Source: Rhodobacteraceae bacterium HLUCCO18 (lineage in GTDB: Bacteria; Pseudomonadota; Alphaproteobacteria; Rhodobacterales; Rhodobacteraceae). From it: DNA of 64,000 bases. Made by a program: the position numbers and the translations under genes. Positions 37,255-47,200 of the stretch are shown here, piece by piece. The notes beneath the pieces were generated by a model, which worked only from the letters and a program-made list of their open reading frames with translations, did not search any database and had not been told where the DNA came from. Within the stretch, counting starts at the first letter, position 1; each line of letters begins with the position of its first letter. The stretch spans positions 498 through 64,497 of the forward strand of contig LJSY01000020.1 of assembly GCA_001314805.1 (NCBI GenBank), written 5' to 3'.

Positions 37255-39021
37255 ATGAGCGACACTCCCGACACCGGCTATCAGGTTCTGGCGCGAAAGT
37301 ACCGTCCGCAGACCTTCGCCGATCTCATCGGTCAGGACGCGATGGTCCGCACACTGAAGAACGCCTTCGCGGCCGACCGGATCGCGCAGGCGTTCATGCT
37401 GACCGGCATTCGCGGGACTGGCAAGACCACGACCGCGCGCATCATCGCCAAGGGGCTGAACTGCATCGGCCCGGACGGCACTGGCGGGCCCACGACCGAC
37501 CCCTGCGGCGTCTGCGTGAACTGCAAGGCCATCGCCGAGGGCCGCCATGTCGACGTGATGGAGATGGACGCGGCCAGCCATACGGGCGTGCAGAATATCC
37601 GCGACGCGATCATCGAGACGGTGAGCTACCGCGCGGCGCAGGCGCGCTACAAGATCTTCATCATCGACGAGGTTCACATGCTCTCGACGAGCGCGTTCAA
37701 CGCGCTTCTCAAGACGCTGGAGGAACCGCCCGCCCACGTGAAATTCCTCTTCGCCACGACCGAGATCCGCAAGGTTCCGGTCACGGTGCTTTCCCGCTGC
37801 CAGCGCTTCGACCTGCGCCGGATCGAGCCCGAGGTGATGATCGCCCATCTCAAGGGCATCGCAGCGCAGGAAGACGCCCGGATCGCCGAGGAGGCGCTGG
37901 CGCTGATCACGCGGGCCTCCGAAGGCTCGGTCCGCGACGCCATGAGCCTGCTGGATCAGGCCATCGCCCATGGCGCGGGCGAGACCGGCGCCGATCAGGT
38001 CCGCGCGATGCTGGGCCTTGCCGACCGGGGCCGCGTGCTCGACCTCTTCGAGGCGATCATGGCCGGGGATGCCGCAGGCGCGCTGGCCGAACTGAGCGGG
38101 CAATATGCCGATGGGGCCGATCCCGTGGCTGTCCTGCGCGATCTGGCCGAGGTCACGCACTGGCTGTCGGTGGTCAAGATCACGCCCGACGCCGCCGACG
38201 ACCCGACCATCGGCGCGGGCGAACGGGCGCGCGGGCAGGACCTGTCCGCCCGGCTGCCCATGCGGGCGCTGACGCGGATGTGGCAGATGCTGCTCAAGGC
38301 GCTGGAGGAGGTCCGCCTCGCCCCCAACGCGATGATGGCCGCCGAGATGGCGGTGATCCGCCTGACTCATGTGGCGGAGTTGCCGAGCCCCGGCGATCTG
38401 GTGAAGAAGCTGACCGAGGCGCCGCCCGCCGCCCCGGTGGGTCAGGGCGCCGGACCCGCCGGGGCCGCACCCTCGGCCCCCGTCGCCCGCAGGACGCTGC
38501 CGACAAGCGCAACCTCGGGCCCGGTCGCCTCGGGCGCTCTGACCGCCGTGCAGCGCGCGCCCGGCCCGGACCTAGCCCGGTATCCGACATGGGACAGTGT
38601 CGTCGCGCTGGTGGAAGAAACCCGCGACATGAAGCTGCTGATCGAGGTGAAATCCTGCCTGCGGCTGGTGTCCTACGCCCCCGGCCGGGTCGAGCTGGAA
38701 CCCACCGAGAACGCCCCGCGCGACCTGATCCCGCGCCTCGGCCGGATGCTGCAGACCGCGACGGGCGTCCGCTGGACCCTCGCCGTCGGCACCGGCGGCG
38801 CGCCGACGATCAAGGAGACGGCCGAACGCGAGAAGGCGGCCCTGACGGCTGAGGTGGAGAAACATCCCCTCATGCAGGCCATCCGGGACGCCTTTCCCGG
38901 CGCGCGCATCGAACAGATCCGGACCCGTGCGGAACTGACCCGCGCGGCCGGGGCCGAGGCGCTGCCGGAGTTGCCTGACGAGGACGACGCGCCCGAAGAC
39001 TGGGATCCGTTCGAGGACTGA
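37255..39021 (+). CDS. dnaX: DNA polymerase III subunits gamma/tau
   Basis: 588 aa with LARKYRPQTFADLIGQ, Walker A GIRGTGKTTTARI, the zinc module CGVCVNCKAI, DEVHMLS and SRCQRFDL. Confidence 0.95.
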   Translation: MSDTPDTGYQVLARKYRPQTFADLIGQDAMVRTLKNAFAADRIAQAFMLTGIRGTGKTTTARIIAKGLNCIGPDGTGGPTTDPCGVCVNCKAIAEGRHVDVMEMDAASHTGVQNIRDAIIETVSYRAAQARYKIFIIDEVHMLSTSAFNALLKTLEEPPAHVKFLFATTEIRKVPVTVLSRCQRFDLRRIEPEVMIAHLKGIAAQEDARIAEEALALITRASEGSVRDAMSLLDQAIAHGAGETGADQVRAMLGLADRGRVLDLFEAIMAGDAAGALAELSGQYADGADPVAVLRDLAEVTHWLSVVKITPDAADDPTIGAGERARGQDLSARLPMRALTRMWQMLLKALEEVRLAPNAMMAAEMAVIRLTHVAELPSPGDLVKKLTEAPPAAPVGQGAGPAGAAPSAPVARRTLPTSATSGPVASGALTAVQRAPGPDLARYPTWDSVVALVEETRDMKLLIEVKSCLRLVSYAPGRVELEPTENAPRDLIPRLGRMLQTATGVRWTLAVGTGGAPTIKETAEREKAALTAEVEKHPLMQAIRDAFPGARIEQIRTRAELTRAAGAEALPELPDEDDAPEDWDPFED

Positions 39022-39146
39022 AGGCCCCCGAGCGACCGCCAAGCGGACCTATGCGGCAAAACGTGGCTCACGCGCGCCTGCGCGCTTGTGACGGCCGGTC
39101 TTGGGGCGTATCTGGGATGGAACTGGCACCAAGGGGATGACGTGAG

Positions 39147-39491
39147 ATGCTGAAAGGACTGGGCGGGCTCGGCGACATGGGCAAACTCATGAAGCAAGCT
39201 CAGGAAATGCAGACCAAGATGGCCGAGATGCAGGACGCGCTCACCACGATGACCGTGACCGGCGAAAGCGGCGCGGGCCTCGTGAAGGCGACGGCCACGG
39301 CCAAGGGCGAATTGACCTCGCTCGACATCGACCCGTCGATCTTCAACGAGGACGACAAGGAAGTGGTCGAGGACCTGATCCTCGCCGCCATCAAGGACGC
39401 ACAGGCCAAGGCTCAGGCGAAAAGCCAGGAACAGATGGCCAAGCTGACCGAGGAGATGGGCCTGCCCGCCGGCATGAAGATGCCCTTCTGA
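39147..39491 (+). CDS. ybaB: YbaB/EbfC family nucleoid-associated protein
   Basis: 114 aa containing [22 protein letters not shown]...[19 protein letters not shown]. It occupies the canonical position between dnaX and recR. Confidence 0.9.
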   Translation: MLKGLGGLGDMGKLMKQAQEMQTKMAEMQDALTTMTVTGESGAGLVKATATAKGELTSLDIDPSIFNEDDKEVVEDLILAAIKDAQAKAQAKSQEQMAKLTEEMGLPAGMKMPF

Positions 39492-39501
39492 GGGCGCGGG
39501 C

Positions 39502-40146
39502 TTGTCCTCCTCCGATCCGCCACCCGGGCCGCCCCACGATCCGTCCCGAGACGGCGCCCCGCGCGATATCGAGGCGCTGATCGAGATCATGGCGCGCCTT
39601 CCGGGGCTGGGCCCCCGCTCGGCCCGGCGCGCGGTGCTGCACCTGATCAAGAAGCGCGGGACGCTGATGGCACCCTTGGCCGAGGCGATGGGGCGGGTCG
39701 CGGACAGTGCGCGCACCTGTTTCAACTGCGGCAACATCTCCACCGCCGATCTCTGCCCCATCTGCAGCGACGAGGGCCGCGCGAACGGCCAGATCTGCGT
39801 GGTGGAGGACGTGGCCGACCTCTGGGCGATGGAACGCGGCAACGCCTTCAAGGGCCGCTACCACGTTCTGGGCGGGACACTGTCGGCGCTGGACGATATC
39901 GGCCCCGAGGACCTGCACATCCCGCGCCTCGTCGACCGGATCACGACGGAACATGCGGGCGAGGTCATCCTGGCGCTCAACGCCACCGTCGACGGCCAGA
40001 CGACGGCCCATTACATCGCCGAGGCGCTGGACGGCACGGGCGTCTCGGTGACGTCCCTCGCGCAGGGCGTCCCGATCGGCGGTGAGCTCGATTATCTCGA
40101 CGACGGCACGATTTCGGCCGCCCTCAAGGCCAGAAAGGCACTCTGA
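39502..40146 (+). CDS. recR: Recombination protein RecR
   Basis: 214 aa from a TTG start, with HhH ([16 protein letters not shown]), the zinc finger [16 protein letters not shown], Toprim ([10 protein letters not shown]) and the C-terminal motif [12 protein letters not shown]. Confidence 0.9.
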   Translation: MSSSDPPPGPPHDPSRDGAPRDIEALIEIMARLPGLGPRSARRAVLHLIKKRGTLMAPLAEAMGRVADSARTCFNCGNISTADLCPICSDEGRANGQICVVEDVADLWAMERGNAFKGRYHVLGGTLSALDDIGPEDLHIPRLVDRITTEHAGEVILALNATVDGQTTAHYIAEALDGTGVSVTSLAQGVPIGGELDYLDDGTISAALKARKAL

Positions 40147-40147
40147 C

Positions 40148-41212
40148 ATGGCGATCGCACAGGGGTATACGGCGCTGCTTTGCCCCGCCTGCATGGAAAA
40201 CCAGCTCTGGCTCGGAGAGGACGGGCTGGAATGCCGCCGCTGCGGCCATGTCGTCGCGCAGGACAATGGCGTGCACGCGCTCTCGCCCGCCGTGGGCGAG
40301 GTGCCCCCGGTCCCCGGCGCTCCGGCCGAGTGGAACGAAGGCATCGCCAAGGCGTTCTTCCCGACCGAGGCCGCCCGAGCCGGGCATTATCGCGATCTCG
40401 ACGTGATCCTCGGACAGCTGATGGGCCGCAAGAGTTTCGGCGAAGTGCTGGAACTCGGCGCCTCGGGCGGGGCCTGGACCTGGGGCCTTGCCAATGACGA
40501 CCGCGTGCGGCGGCTGTACGCGACGGAAACCTCCCCGGCGGCACTTTCGCATCTGGCCGAGATCACCGAGGGCGGCGCCGCGCTGATCCTCGAGACCGCG
40601 TCAGCGACGCTCGGCATCGAAATGGCAAGCCTCGACCTGGTGCTGGGGCGTGGCGCGCTGAGCCGTGAGGCCGATCCGACGACGCTTCTGACGAATGCGC
40701 GACGCTGGCTCAAACCGGGGGGTGTGGCCGTGTTCCTCGAACCCTGCCTGCAGGGCAAGATCTGGACCGCCTTCGTGATGGACCTGATCCGGCGCTTCGA
40801 GGCGCAGGGCGGGCCCGGCCCGTCGCCCGATGGTGGCGGGGGGTTCCTGGGGCGGAAGTCATCGTCGAAGGGCCTCAGCCAGCTGGCCACGATGCGCCTC
40901 GAAGGCGCCGCCCGGCAGGTGATGCGCGGCGCGCAAGGGCTCGGGACGGGCGACGACCGTGTCTTCGACATGGCGGCCCTGACCAACCTCGGCTACGAGA
41001 TCGGCTATTCGGAATGCTACCCGGTCGATCAGCCGCAGACCGACGTCACCCCGCTCAGGCGGATGCGCAACGCGCTCGACGGTTTGCTGGGTCAGGAGAA
41101 ATCGGCCCTCGACCGCTATGCGCCGATCTTCGAGGCGCTGGAGGAAACCTTCGGCGCGCTACCGGAAACCGCACCGGTGGCCCCCAACATCTACTTCGTC
41201 TTCCGCGCCTAG
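40148..41212 (+). CDS. Zinc-ribbon-containing class I SAM-dependent methyltransferase (function unknown)
   Basis: The track ORF starts at 40082; ATG 40148 lies 1 nt after the recR stop. It has an N-terminal CPAC...CRRCGH ribbon, then a methyltransferase motif I (VLELGASGGAWTWGLA) and LKPGGVAVFLEP. Confidence 0.7.
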   Translation: MAIAQGYTALLCPACMENQLWLGEDGLECRRCGHVVAQDNGVHALSPAVGEVPPVPGAPAEWNEGIAKAFFPTEAARAGHYRDLDVILGQLMGRKSFGEVLELGASGGAWTWGLANDDRVRRLYATETSPAALSHLAEITEGGAALILETASATLGIEMASLDLVLGRGALSREADPTTLLTNARRWLKPGGVAVFLEPCLQGKIWTAFVMDLIRRFEAQGGPGPSPDGGGGFLGRKSSSKGLSQLATMRLEGAARQVMRGAQGLGTGDDRVFDMAALTNLGYEIGYSECYPVDQPQTDVTPLRRMRNALDGLLGQEKSALDRYAPIFEALEETFGALPETAPVAPNIYFVFRA

Positions 41213-41250
41213 ACGACAGACGGCGGGCCCGGTCCAGCGGACGGCGCCCT

Positions 41251-41311
41251 TGCGTATTTGGAGAAAGATGAAGCAGGGGATCCCCACCCTTCATCTTTCC
41301 GAAAATACGCA
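41251..41311. terminator. 61-nt imperfect palindrome between convergent genes (likely bidirectional terminator)
   Basis: TGCGTATTT-gga-GAAAGATGAAG-caGGGGATCCCCaccCTTCATCTTTC-cg-AAAATACGCA. It has an outer 9-10 bp arm, an inner perfect 11-bp arm and a GGGGATCCCC core, and is noticeably AT-richer than the flanks. Confidence 0.6.
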
Positions 41312-41327
41312 TTGCATGCCGGTGACG

Positions 41328-41972
41328 TCAGCGCATCGGGCTGAAGATCGCGCCCTCCAGCGTACAGTCGCGCACCACGTCGTCGCCGCAGACGCGCGGC
41401 TCGAGGTCGCGCGTCAGGCACAGGCGCACCTCCTGCACCCGGCCCGCGCGGCAGGTGACCGTCAGCATGTCAGGCTCCAGATCGGGGTTGGCCTCGAGAA
41501 ACGCCTCCTCGATGACGCGCGCGGGCAGGCGCACCTCCCGGTCGAGCCTGCGCAACAGGTCGGGCCGCTCGACGCGGTCATAGGCCAGCCGGGACAGGGC
41601 GTAGTAATCCTCCGCCGACAGCCCGCTGCACACGCCGTGCTTGCGCCACTGGTGCCAAGCCAGCCCGGCCGACCCCATGATGTCGGCCATCGCGCCGGTC
41701 AGCCCGCGCGATGGCGGGTTCCGCGCGGTGGGGCAGAAACTTGGCCAGCCCTCCTCGTATTGCGGCCAGAGCCCGTGGAGCGTGAAGCCGAAGCCCCGGC
41801 CCGGGTCGCATTGCGGGCTGTCGCGCGCGTCACCCTCGAGCGCGCACCATGTGGGCGTCCAGCTGAGCGCGAGGACGTAATAGTCGAACGCCCCCGCGCG
41901 GGCCTCCTCGGCCCGACCCTGGACAGGCAGCGCCATGAGCGCGATGAAGATCACGAACCGGACCAGACGCAT
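41328..41972 (-). CDS. Ribonuclease T2 family (RNase I-like), secreted
   Basis: The track ORF 41328..42446 is over-extended. ATG 41972 (MRLVRFVIFIALMALPVQGRA...) has GGGAGGA upstream. It carries the catalytic motifs CAS I FTLHGLWPQ and CAS II WHQWRKHGVC. Confidence 0.85.
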   Translation of the reverse strand: MRLVRFVIFIALMALPVQGRAEEARAGAFDYYVLALSWTPTWCALEGDARDSPQCDPGRGFGFTLHGLWPQYEEGWPSFCPTARNPPSRGLTGAMADIMGSAGLAWHQWRKHGVCSGLSAEDYYALSRLAYDRVERPDLLRRLDREVRLPARVIEEAFLEANPDLEPDMLTVTCRAGRVQEVRLCLTRDLEPRVCGDDVVRDCTLEGAIFSPMR

Positions 41973-42104
41973 TACCACTTTCCTCCCGCGGCATCCGCGC
42001 CTATATACGCTGCGATTTCCCCGAAATCGAGGAACGGCGGGCCTGTCCCGCAGCCGCTCCCACGGCCCGCTCCTCGTGCATCCTGTCGCAAGGAGGCGAC
42101 CGAC

Positions 42105-42872
42105 ATGAACAAACCGATCATGGCAAAGGCCACTGCAGTCTGGCTCGTCGACAACACCACGCTGACCTTCAGGCAGATCGGCGATTTCTGCGGCCTGCAT
42201 GAGCTGGAAGTGCAGGGCATCGCGGATGGCGACGTGGCCGCCGGCGTGAAGGGGTTCGACCCCATCGTGAACAACCAGCTCACGCAGGAAGAGATCGACA
42301 AGGCCGAGGCCGACCCGCAGCACAAGCTGCAGCTGAAATTCAACCCCGCCGCCCTTGGCGAGGAAAAGCGCCGGGGCCCGCGCTATACGCCGCTCAGCAA
42401 GCGTCAGGACCGCCCGGCCTCGATCCTGTGGCTGGTGAAGTTCCACCCGGAACTCAGCGATGGGCAGATCTCGAAGCTAGTCGGCACCACGAAACCGACC
42501 ATCCAGTCGATCCGAGAGCGCACGCACTGGAACATCTCGAACATCCAGCCGATCGATCCGGTGGCGCTTGGCCTGTGCAAGCAGACCGAGCTGGACGCGG
42601 CCGTGCAGAAAGCCAATGCCAAGAAGGCCCGCGACGGCGAGATCATGTCCGACGACGAACGGCGCAAGCTGGTCTCGACCGAGCAGAGCCTCGGGATGGA
42701 ACCAGAGCCCAAGATCCCGTCGGCGATCTCGGGACTGGAGACCTTCTCGCTCAGCGACAGCGACGACGACGCTGAAGAGGACCGGCCGCGGCGTGAAGTG
42801 GACGCCGACAGCCTGTTCAACCTGCCCAACACGGACAGCGACGACGAGGACGACGAGGACGATCATCGCTGA
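42105..42872 (+). CDS. DUF1013-family protein (cell-cycle regulator TrcR-like) with poly-acidic C-terminal tail
   Basis: The track ORF starts at 41118; ATG 42105 has AGGAGG upstream. It contains KATAVWLVDNTTLTFRQIGDFCGLHELEVQGIADG and SKLVGTTKPTIQSIRERTHWN, typical of DUF1013. The tail reads DSDDDAEED...DSDDEDDEDDHR. Confidence 0.8.
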   Translation: MNKPIMAKATAVWLVDNTTLTFRQIGDFCGLHELEVQGIADGDVAAGVKGFDPIVNNQLTQEEIDKAEADPQHKLQLKFNPAALGEEKRRGPRYTPLSKRQDRPASILWLVKFHPELSDGQISKLVGTTKPTIQSIRERTHWNISNIQPIDPVALGLCKQTELDAAVQKANAKKARDGEIMSDDERRKLVSTEQSLGMEPEPKIPSAISGLETFSLSDSDDDAEEDRPRREVDADSLFNLPNTDSDDEDDEDDHR

Positions 42873-42962
42873 AACCGGCGCTTCTGCCGGCATCTCCGCT
42901 TGGCCGGGCGGTCCCGGGACGCTAGCCTGAGTCCCAGGACCGCGAGGCGACCGGGGGTTATC

Positions 42963-43556
42963 ATGCGCAGCAGTCTTAAACTCGTCCTTCCCGCGCTGGC
43001 GGCGCTCGTCACCACGCCCGCGCTTGCGCAGGTGCCTTTCTGCACCGAGGCCTGGGTGATCCGGAACATGATCTTCGACCGGCTGGGCCATTGCTTCGGC
43101 TCGGTCGCGGGCCAGATGCTGTTCGACAATTCCAACTGCACCGGGTCGAACCCGACGCCGCCGCCCGCACTGGCCGAGGATGTCGCGCGCATCCGCGAGG
43201 GTGAGCAGGTCGTGGGCTGCGCGATCGACACCTCGCAGCCGCCCTCCCCCGAGATGTACAGGATGCACGCGCGGCTTTCGCGCTTCATCGATCTGCCGGT
43301 GCCCGATCACGTCGGCGGCTATGCCTGCTGGGGCTATCGCGGACCCGATTTCAGGGTGCTGAGCGGGGCGAACGTGAACGCGCCTGAGCTCGGCATCGCG
43401 CGCACGGGCCAGTCGGTCGTGACGACCTATTGGGGCAAACCCGGCGGCTGGGTGTTCGGCGCGATCACGACCGGCCCGGGCGGGCAGCTCCTGACCGAGG
43501 GCTGGTTCGCCGGCGTGGACCTGCACCCCTCGAATTGCGACGAGGCCGCGGGATAG
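42963..43556 (+). CDS. Secreted hypothetical protein (Cys-containing; YARHG-like segment)
   Basis: The track ORF starts at 42900. ATG 42963 gives the signal peptide MRSSLKLVLPALAALVTTPALAQ. The segment WVIRNMIFDRLGHCF loosely resembles the YARHG motif. The domain call is weak. Confidence 0.55.
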   Translation: MRSSLKLVLPALAALVTTPALAQVPFCTEAWVIRNMIFDRLGHCFGSVAGQMLFDNSNCTGSNPTPPPALAEDVARIREGEQVVGCAIDTSQPPSPEMYRMHARLSRFIDLPVPDHVGGYACWGYRGPDFRVLSGANVNAPELGIARTGQSVVTTYWGKPGGWVFGAITTGPGGQLLTEGWFAGVDLHPSNCDEAAG

Positions 43557-43568
43557 ACCCGCTTGCCC

Positions 43569-44378
43569 CTAATGCGCCGGGGTCGACACGGCATCGAGGA
43601 GCGTGCGCCCGCCATCGACCGTCAGCACCTGCCCCGTGACGAATCCCGCGCCGTCTGAGGCGAGGAACTGCACGGCATCGGTCACTTCCCGCGCGCTCGC
43701 GATGCGGCCCAGCGGCGTGCATTCCCGGATTTCCTGACGCAGCCCGTCGGTTTCGTTGAGGCTTTCCTTCAGGCTCGCCGACATCAGCGAGCCGAAGGCC
43801 ACGCCGTTCACCCGGATCCGGTGCGGCGCCAGCGCCAGCGCGAGGCTCCGCGTCGCCTGATCGAGCGCGGCACAGGAAATCGAATAGCCCAGAAGGTCCG
43901 GATGCGTCCGTCGCGCGGCGATCGAGGAGATGTTGACGATGGCGCCCACCGGCCCCTCGTCCGGGCCGTCCTCCTCGGCCTGCGAGATCATGCGGTTCGC
44001 GACGGCCTGCGACAGACGCAGCGCGGCGAACATGTTCTGGTCGAGCAGCGCCTGCACGGAACCGTCCGTGGGATCGAGCGGGTCGGTCGTCAGGATCTGG
44101 CGGCTCGCGTTCACCAGAACGTCGATCCGGTCGAAAGCGTCGATCGTCGCCGAAAGCAGGTTCGCCACCGTCAGCTTCTCTCGCAGGTCGCCTGCGAAAT
44201 AGCGCACCTGCCCCTTGTCGTCCTGGATGTCGCCGCATTCGTCGGCCAGCCGCGCCTCGTCCCGGTCGGCGAACATGACATTCGCGCCCCGGTCGATGAA
44301 ATGGCGCGCGACGGCAAGGCCGACGCCGTTCGCGGCGCCGGTGATGATCGCCGTCTTGCCCTGGATCGAGAGTGTCAT
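43569..44378 (-). CDS. SDR-family oxidoreductase
   Basis: 269 aa with TGAANGVG (TGxxxGxG), NASR and the catalytic YSISCAA (Yxxx- variant). The start overlaps the stop of the upstream methyltransferase gene. Confidence 0.85.
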   Translation of the reverse strand: MTLSIQGKTAIITGAANGVGLAVARHFIDRGANVMFADRDEARLADECGDIQDDKGQVRYFAGDLREKLTVANLLSATIDAFDRIDVLVNASRQILTTDPLDPTDGSVQALLDQNMFAALRLSQAVANRMISQAEEDGPDEGPVGAIVNISSIAARRTHPDLLGYSISCAALDQATRSLALALAPHRIRVNGVAFGSLMSASLKESLNETDGLRQEIRECTPLGRIASAREVTDAVQFLASDGAGFVTGQVLTVDGGRTLLDAVSTPAH

Positions 44379-45406
44379 CGTCCGTGTCCCCTGGATGCGC
44401 GCCCCTGCGCCTGTCTCGGCTTGGCCACCTCATGGAGCTTGTAGCCCTCGAGCTCGCCGATCAGCCGCCCGTTGCCGAACGCGTCCTTCAACGCGGCCTC
44501 ATAGGGCAGATGGCGGTTGGCGACCATGATGAACTTGCCGGAGGGCTTCAGCATGCGGGCCGCCGCCGAGATGAACGCCCGCCCGAGGCCGGGATCGGCC
44601 CGGCGCCCGGTGTGAAACGGCGGGTTCGAGATGATCGCGTCATAGGGTTCCGCCGGGTCGAACCGCGTGACGTCGGCCCAGTGAAACGCCGCGCGCGGAT
44701 CGTCGATATTGGCGCGGGCGGCCATGAGCATCGCGTGATCGGCCTCGATCAGGTCGAGATGCGTGATGGCCTCCTGCTCCGCGAGGACCTCGCCCGCGAG
44801 ATAGCCCCAGCCGGCGCCGAGGTCGGCGACACGCCCCTTGAGCGGCGGCGCAAGCGCCACGAGGATCTCCGAGCCCCGGTCCGGTCCGTCGGCCGAAAAC
44901 CCGCCGGGCGGAATCACATAGCCCTCCTCGGTCTCGGTCGGAAGCGCGATCCACTCGGCGATGGCTTCGGGAACGGTGTCCGGCCGCCGGAACCAGATAA
45001 GCTTGCCATGGGACTTGGAGAACACGCCCTCTGGCTCGACATGCGTCCGCAGCGCCTTGAGGATCGCCTCGATCCCCTCCTCCTTGGCGCCATCGATGAG
45101 GATCAGGCCGCCGGGCCGCACCACGCCGAAGGCCTCGGCCACGGCCGAAAGCGTGCCGACCCTGGATTTCACGATCTGCACAAGTGCGGCGTCGAACCCC
45201 GCCTGGTCCTCCAGCCCCGGGGCCACGTCGATCCCGCGCGCGCGCAGCCGGTCATGGTCGGGCCGGAACCCCTGCACCGCCAGAAGCTCAGTCGCGCCGA
45301 GCGCGGCGAGGTCGGCATCGCCCCGCGCCATGAACGCGACGCAGCGGCCTTCCACGGGCGGTAGCGCGCCGGTGTCGCGCGCAAGGGTCCATCTGTCAGG
45401 GGTCAT
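44375..45406 (-). CDS. Class I SAM-dependent methyltransferase, RsmC/RsmD-like (rRNA guanine-N2 type)
   Basis: 343 aa with motif I VADLGAGWGYLA and the N-methyltransferase tetrad NPPFH. Confidence 0.8.
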   Translation of the reverse strand: MTPDRWTLARDTGALPPVEGRCVAFMARGDADLAALGATELLAVQGFRPDHDRLRARGIDVAPGLEDQAGFDAALVQIVKSRVGTLSAVAEAFGVVRPGGLILIDGAKEEGIEAILKALRTHVEPEGVFSKSHGKLIWFRRPDTVPEAIAEWIALPTETEEGYVIPPGGFSADGPDRGSEILVALAPPLKGRVADLGAGWGYLAGEVLAEQEAITHLDLIEADHAMLMAARANIDDPRAAFHWADVTRFDPAEPYDAIISNPPFHTGRRADPGLGRAFISAAARMLKPSGKFIMVANRHLPYEAALKDAFGNGRLIGELEGYKLHEVAKPRQAQGRASRGHGR

Positions 45407-45433
45407 GAGGGCAGGACGACGCGACGGGCGCGC

Positions 45434-45769
45434 TCAGTCCTCTTTCTCCATCGTGCATTGCAGCGGGTGCTGGTTGCGTCGCGCGAAATCCATCACCTGC
45501 GCCACCTTGGTTTCCGCGATCTCGTAAGAGAACACGCCGACGACCGCCACCCCCTTCTTGTGGACGGTCAGCATGATCTCGACCGCCTGGCTGTGGCTGA
45601 CCCCGAAGAATCGCTCGAGCACGTGCACGACGAATTCCATCGGCGTGTAGTCGTCGTTCAGAAGCAGCACCTTGTACATCGGCGGGCGCTGCGTCTTCGG
45701 CTTGGTCTTGGTGATGACGTTGGTCTCGCCCTCGCCCCCGGGGGGGTCGGTGGGCTCGTCCGCCATCAT
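45434..45769 (-). CDS. clpS: ATP-dependent Clp protease adaptor ClpS
   Basis: The track ORF 45434..46615 is over-extended. The conserved core is [27 protein letters not shown]...[25 protein letters not shown]. The start is ATG 45769 (MMADEP...), with 45790 as an alternative. Confidence 0.9.
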   Translation of the reverse strand: MMADEPTDPPGGEGETNVITKTKPKTQRPPMYKVLLLNDDYTPMEFVVHVLERFFGVSHSQAVEIMLTVHKKGVAVVGVFSYEIAETKVAQVMDFARRNQHPLQCTMEKED

Positions 45770-45874
45770 CGTCCAGAGATCGGTGCGCATGTACGGTCCG
45801 TATTGGCTGCGTGGTCTGTCACTTGGCGGCAATATATAAGCCTGTGAGCGATTCAGAAAAGAGGGGCGTCGGCA

Positions 45875-46579
45875 ATGGGGCGGCGGATTACGACGATCGG
45901 CTTCGATGCAGACGACACGCTGTGGCAGAACGAAACCTTCTATCGCATGACGCAGGACCGTTTCGCCGGGCTGCTGTCGAATTACACCGATCCGGACCCG
46001 CTGCATGCCCGGCTGCTCGAGGCCGAGCGCCGCAACCTCGGCCATTACGGGTTCGGCATCAAGGGCTTCATGCTGTCGATGATCGAAACCGCCATCGAGG
46101 TGACCGAGGGCCGCGTGCCGGCAAGCGTCATCGCGGAAATCCTCGCCGCGGGGCAGGAAATGCTGGCCCATCCGATCGAGCTTCTGCCCGAGGCCGAGGC
46201 CACGGTGCGCGCACTTGCCGAAAGCCACACGCTGGTCCTGATCACCAAGGGCGACCTTCTGGACCAGGAGCGCAAGCTCGCGCAGTCGGGATTGGGCGAG
46301 GTCTTCGACGCCGTCGAAATCGTTTCCGACAAGAAGCCATCGGTCTACATCCGCGCCTTCACGACGCATGGGACCGGGGCGGACGCGGCGATGATGATCG
46401 GCAACTCGATGAAATCGGACGTACTGCCCGCGCTCGAGGCCGGCGCATGGGGCGTCTTCGTGCCCCATGGCCTGACCTGGGAAGTGGAGCACGCCAAGGC
46501 GCCCGAGGATCATCCGCGATATCGTGAACTCGAAACGCTCGGCGGCGTGGTAGAGCTGCTGGCGCAGATCGAGAGCTGA
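45875..46579 (+). CDS. HAD-superfamily hydrolase
   Basis: 234 aa with motif [10 protein letters not shown], motif II LITKG and motif IV GNSMKSD. Confidence 0.8.
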   Translation: MGRRITTIGFDADDTLWQNETFYRMTQDRFAGLLSNYTDPDPLHARLLEAERRNLGHYGFGIKGFMLSMIETAIEVTEGRVPASVIAEILAAGQEMLAHPIELLPEAEATVRALAESHTLVLITKGDLLDQERKLAQSGLGEVFDAVEIVSDKKPSVYIRAFTTHGTGADAAMMIGNSMKSDVLPALEAGAWGVFVPHGLTWEVEHAKAPEDHPRYRELETLGGVVELLAQIES

Positions 46580-46585
46580 GGCACG

Positions 46586-47200
46586 ATGATCGACGCCGCA
46601 ATCCTGCCGCTGCAACGCAGGCTGATGCAGACCCCCGCCGAAGCGCTGGTCAGGCGCGGCGTTCGGGCCGATCAGATCACCATTGCCGGGCTCGTCATCG
46701 GGCTGGCCGCGGCGGGGGCGGCGGCGCTGGGGATGTTCACGCTGGCGCTTGGCGGTCTTCTGCTCAACCGGCTGGCCGACGGGCTCGACGGGGCGGTGGC
46801 GCGCCTGACGCAGCCCACGGATCGCGGTGCTTTTCTCGATATCTCGCTCGATTTCGTGTTCTACGCCACCTTCCCGCTTGGCTTCGCTCTGGTGGATCCG
46901 GGCGCGAACGCCCTGCCCGCCGCCGTGCTTCTGGCGAGTTTCGTCCTCTCCGGCACGTCCTTTCTTGCGTTTTCGGTCATCGCCGACCGGCGCGGGCTCA
47001 AGGCGCGGGACTACCCCACCAAGGGGATCTACTACCTCGGCGGCCTCACCGAAGGGGCCGAGACCATCGCCTTCTTCGCCGCCTTCTGCCTCTTTCCGTC
47101 CGCCTTTCCGGTGCTGGCCTTGATCTTCGCCGCCGGCGCGGCGATCACGGGCGCCACGCGTTATGCCGCCGCGTGGCAGCTCTTCGGACGGGCAGAATGA
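46586..47200 (+). CDS. CDP-alcohol phosphatidyltransferase family protein
   Basis: 204 aa, polytopic, with the family signature D-G-x2-A-R-x8-G-x3-D-x3-D visible as [25 protein letters not shown]. Confidence 0.8.
   Translation: MIDAAILPLQRRLMQTPAEALVRRGVRADQITIAGLVIGLAAAGAAALGMFTLALGGLLLNRLADGLDGAVARLTQPTDRGAFLDISLDFVFYATFPLGFALVDPGANALPAAVLLASFVLSGTSFLAFSVIADRRGLKARDYPTKGIYYLGGLTEGAETIAFFAAFCLFPSAFPVLALIFAAGAAITGATRYAAAWQLFGRAE

Noticed and set aside
37255-39021. Programmed -1 frameshift site in dnaX (gamma subunit production)
   Set aside because: I saw no A-AAA-AAG-type slippery heptamer or A-run in the gene. Many alphaproteobacteria lack this mechanism.
41118-42872. N-terminally extended track ORFs (also 41328..42446, 45434..46615, 49951..52749, 52011..53411, 53263..54090, 31173..33440)
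   Set aside because: In each case the conserved protein begins at an internal ATG with a good Shine-Dalgarno sequence. The extension overlaps a neighbouring real gene or intergenic DNA.
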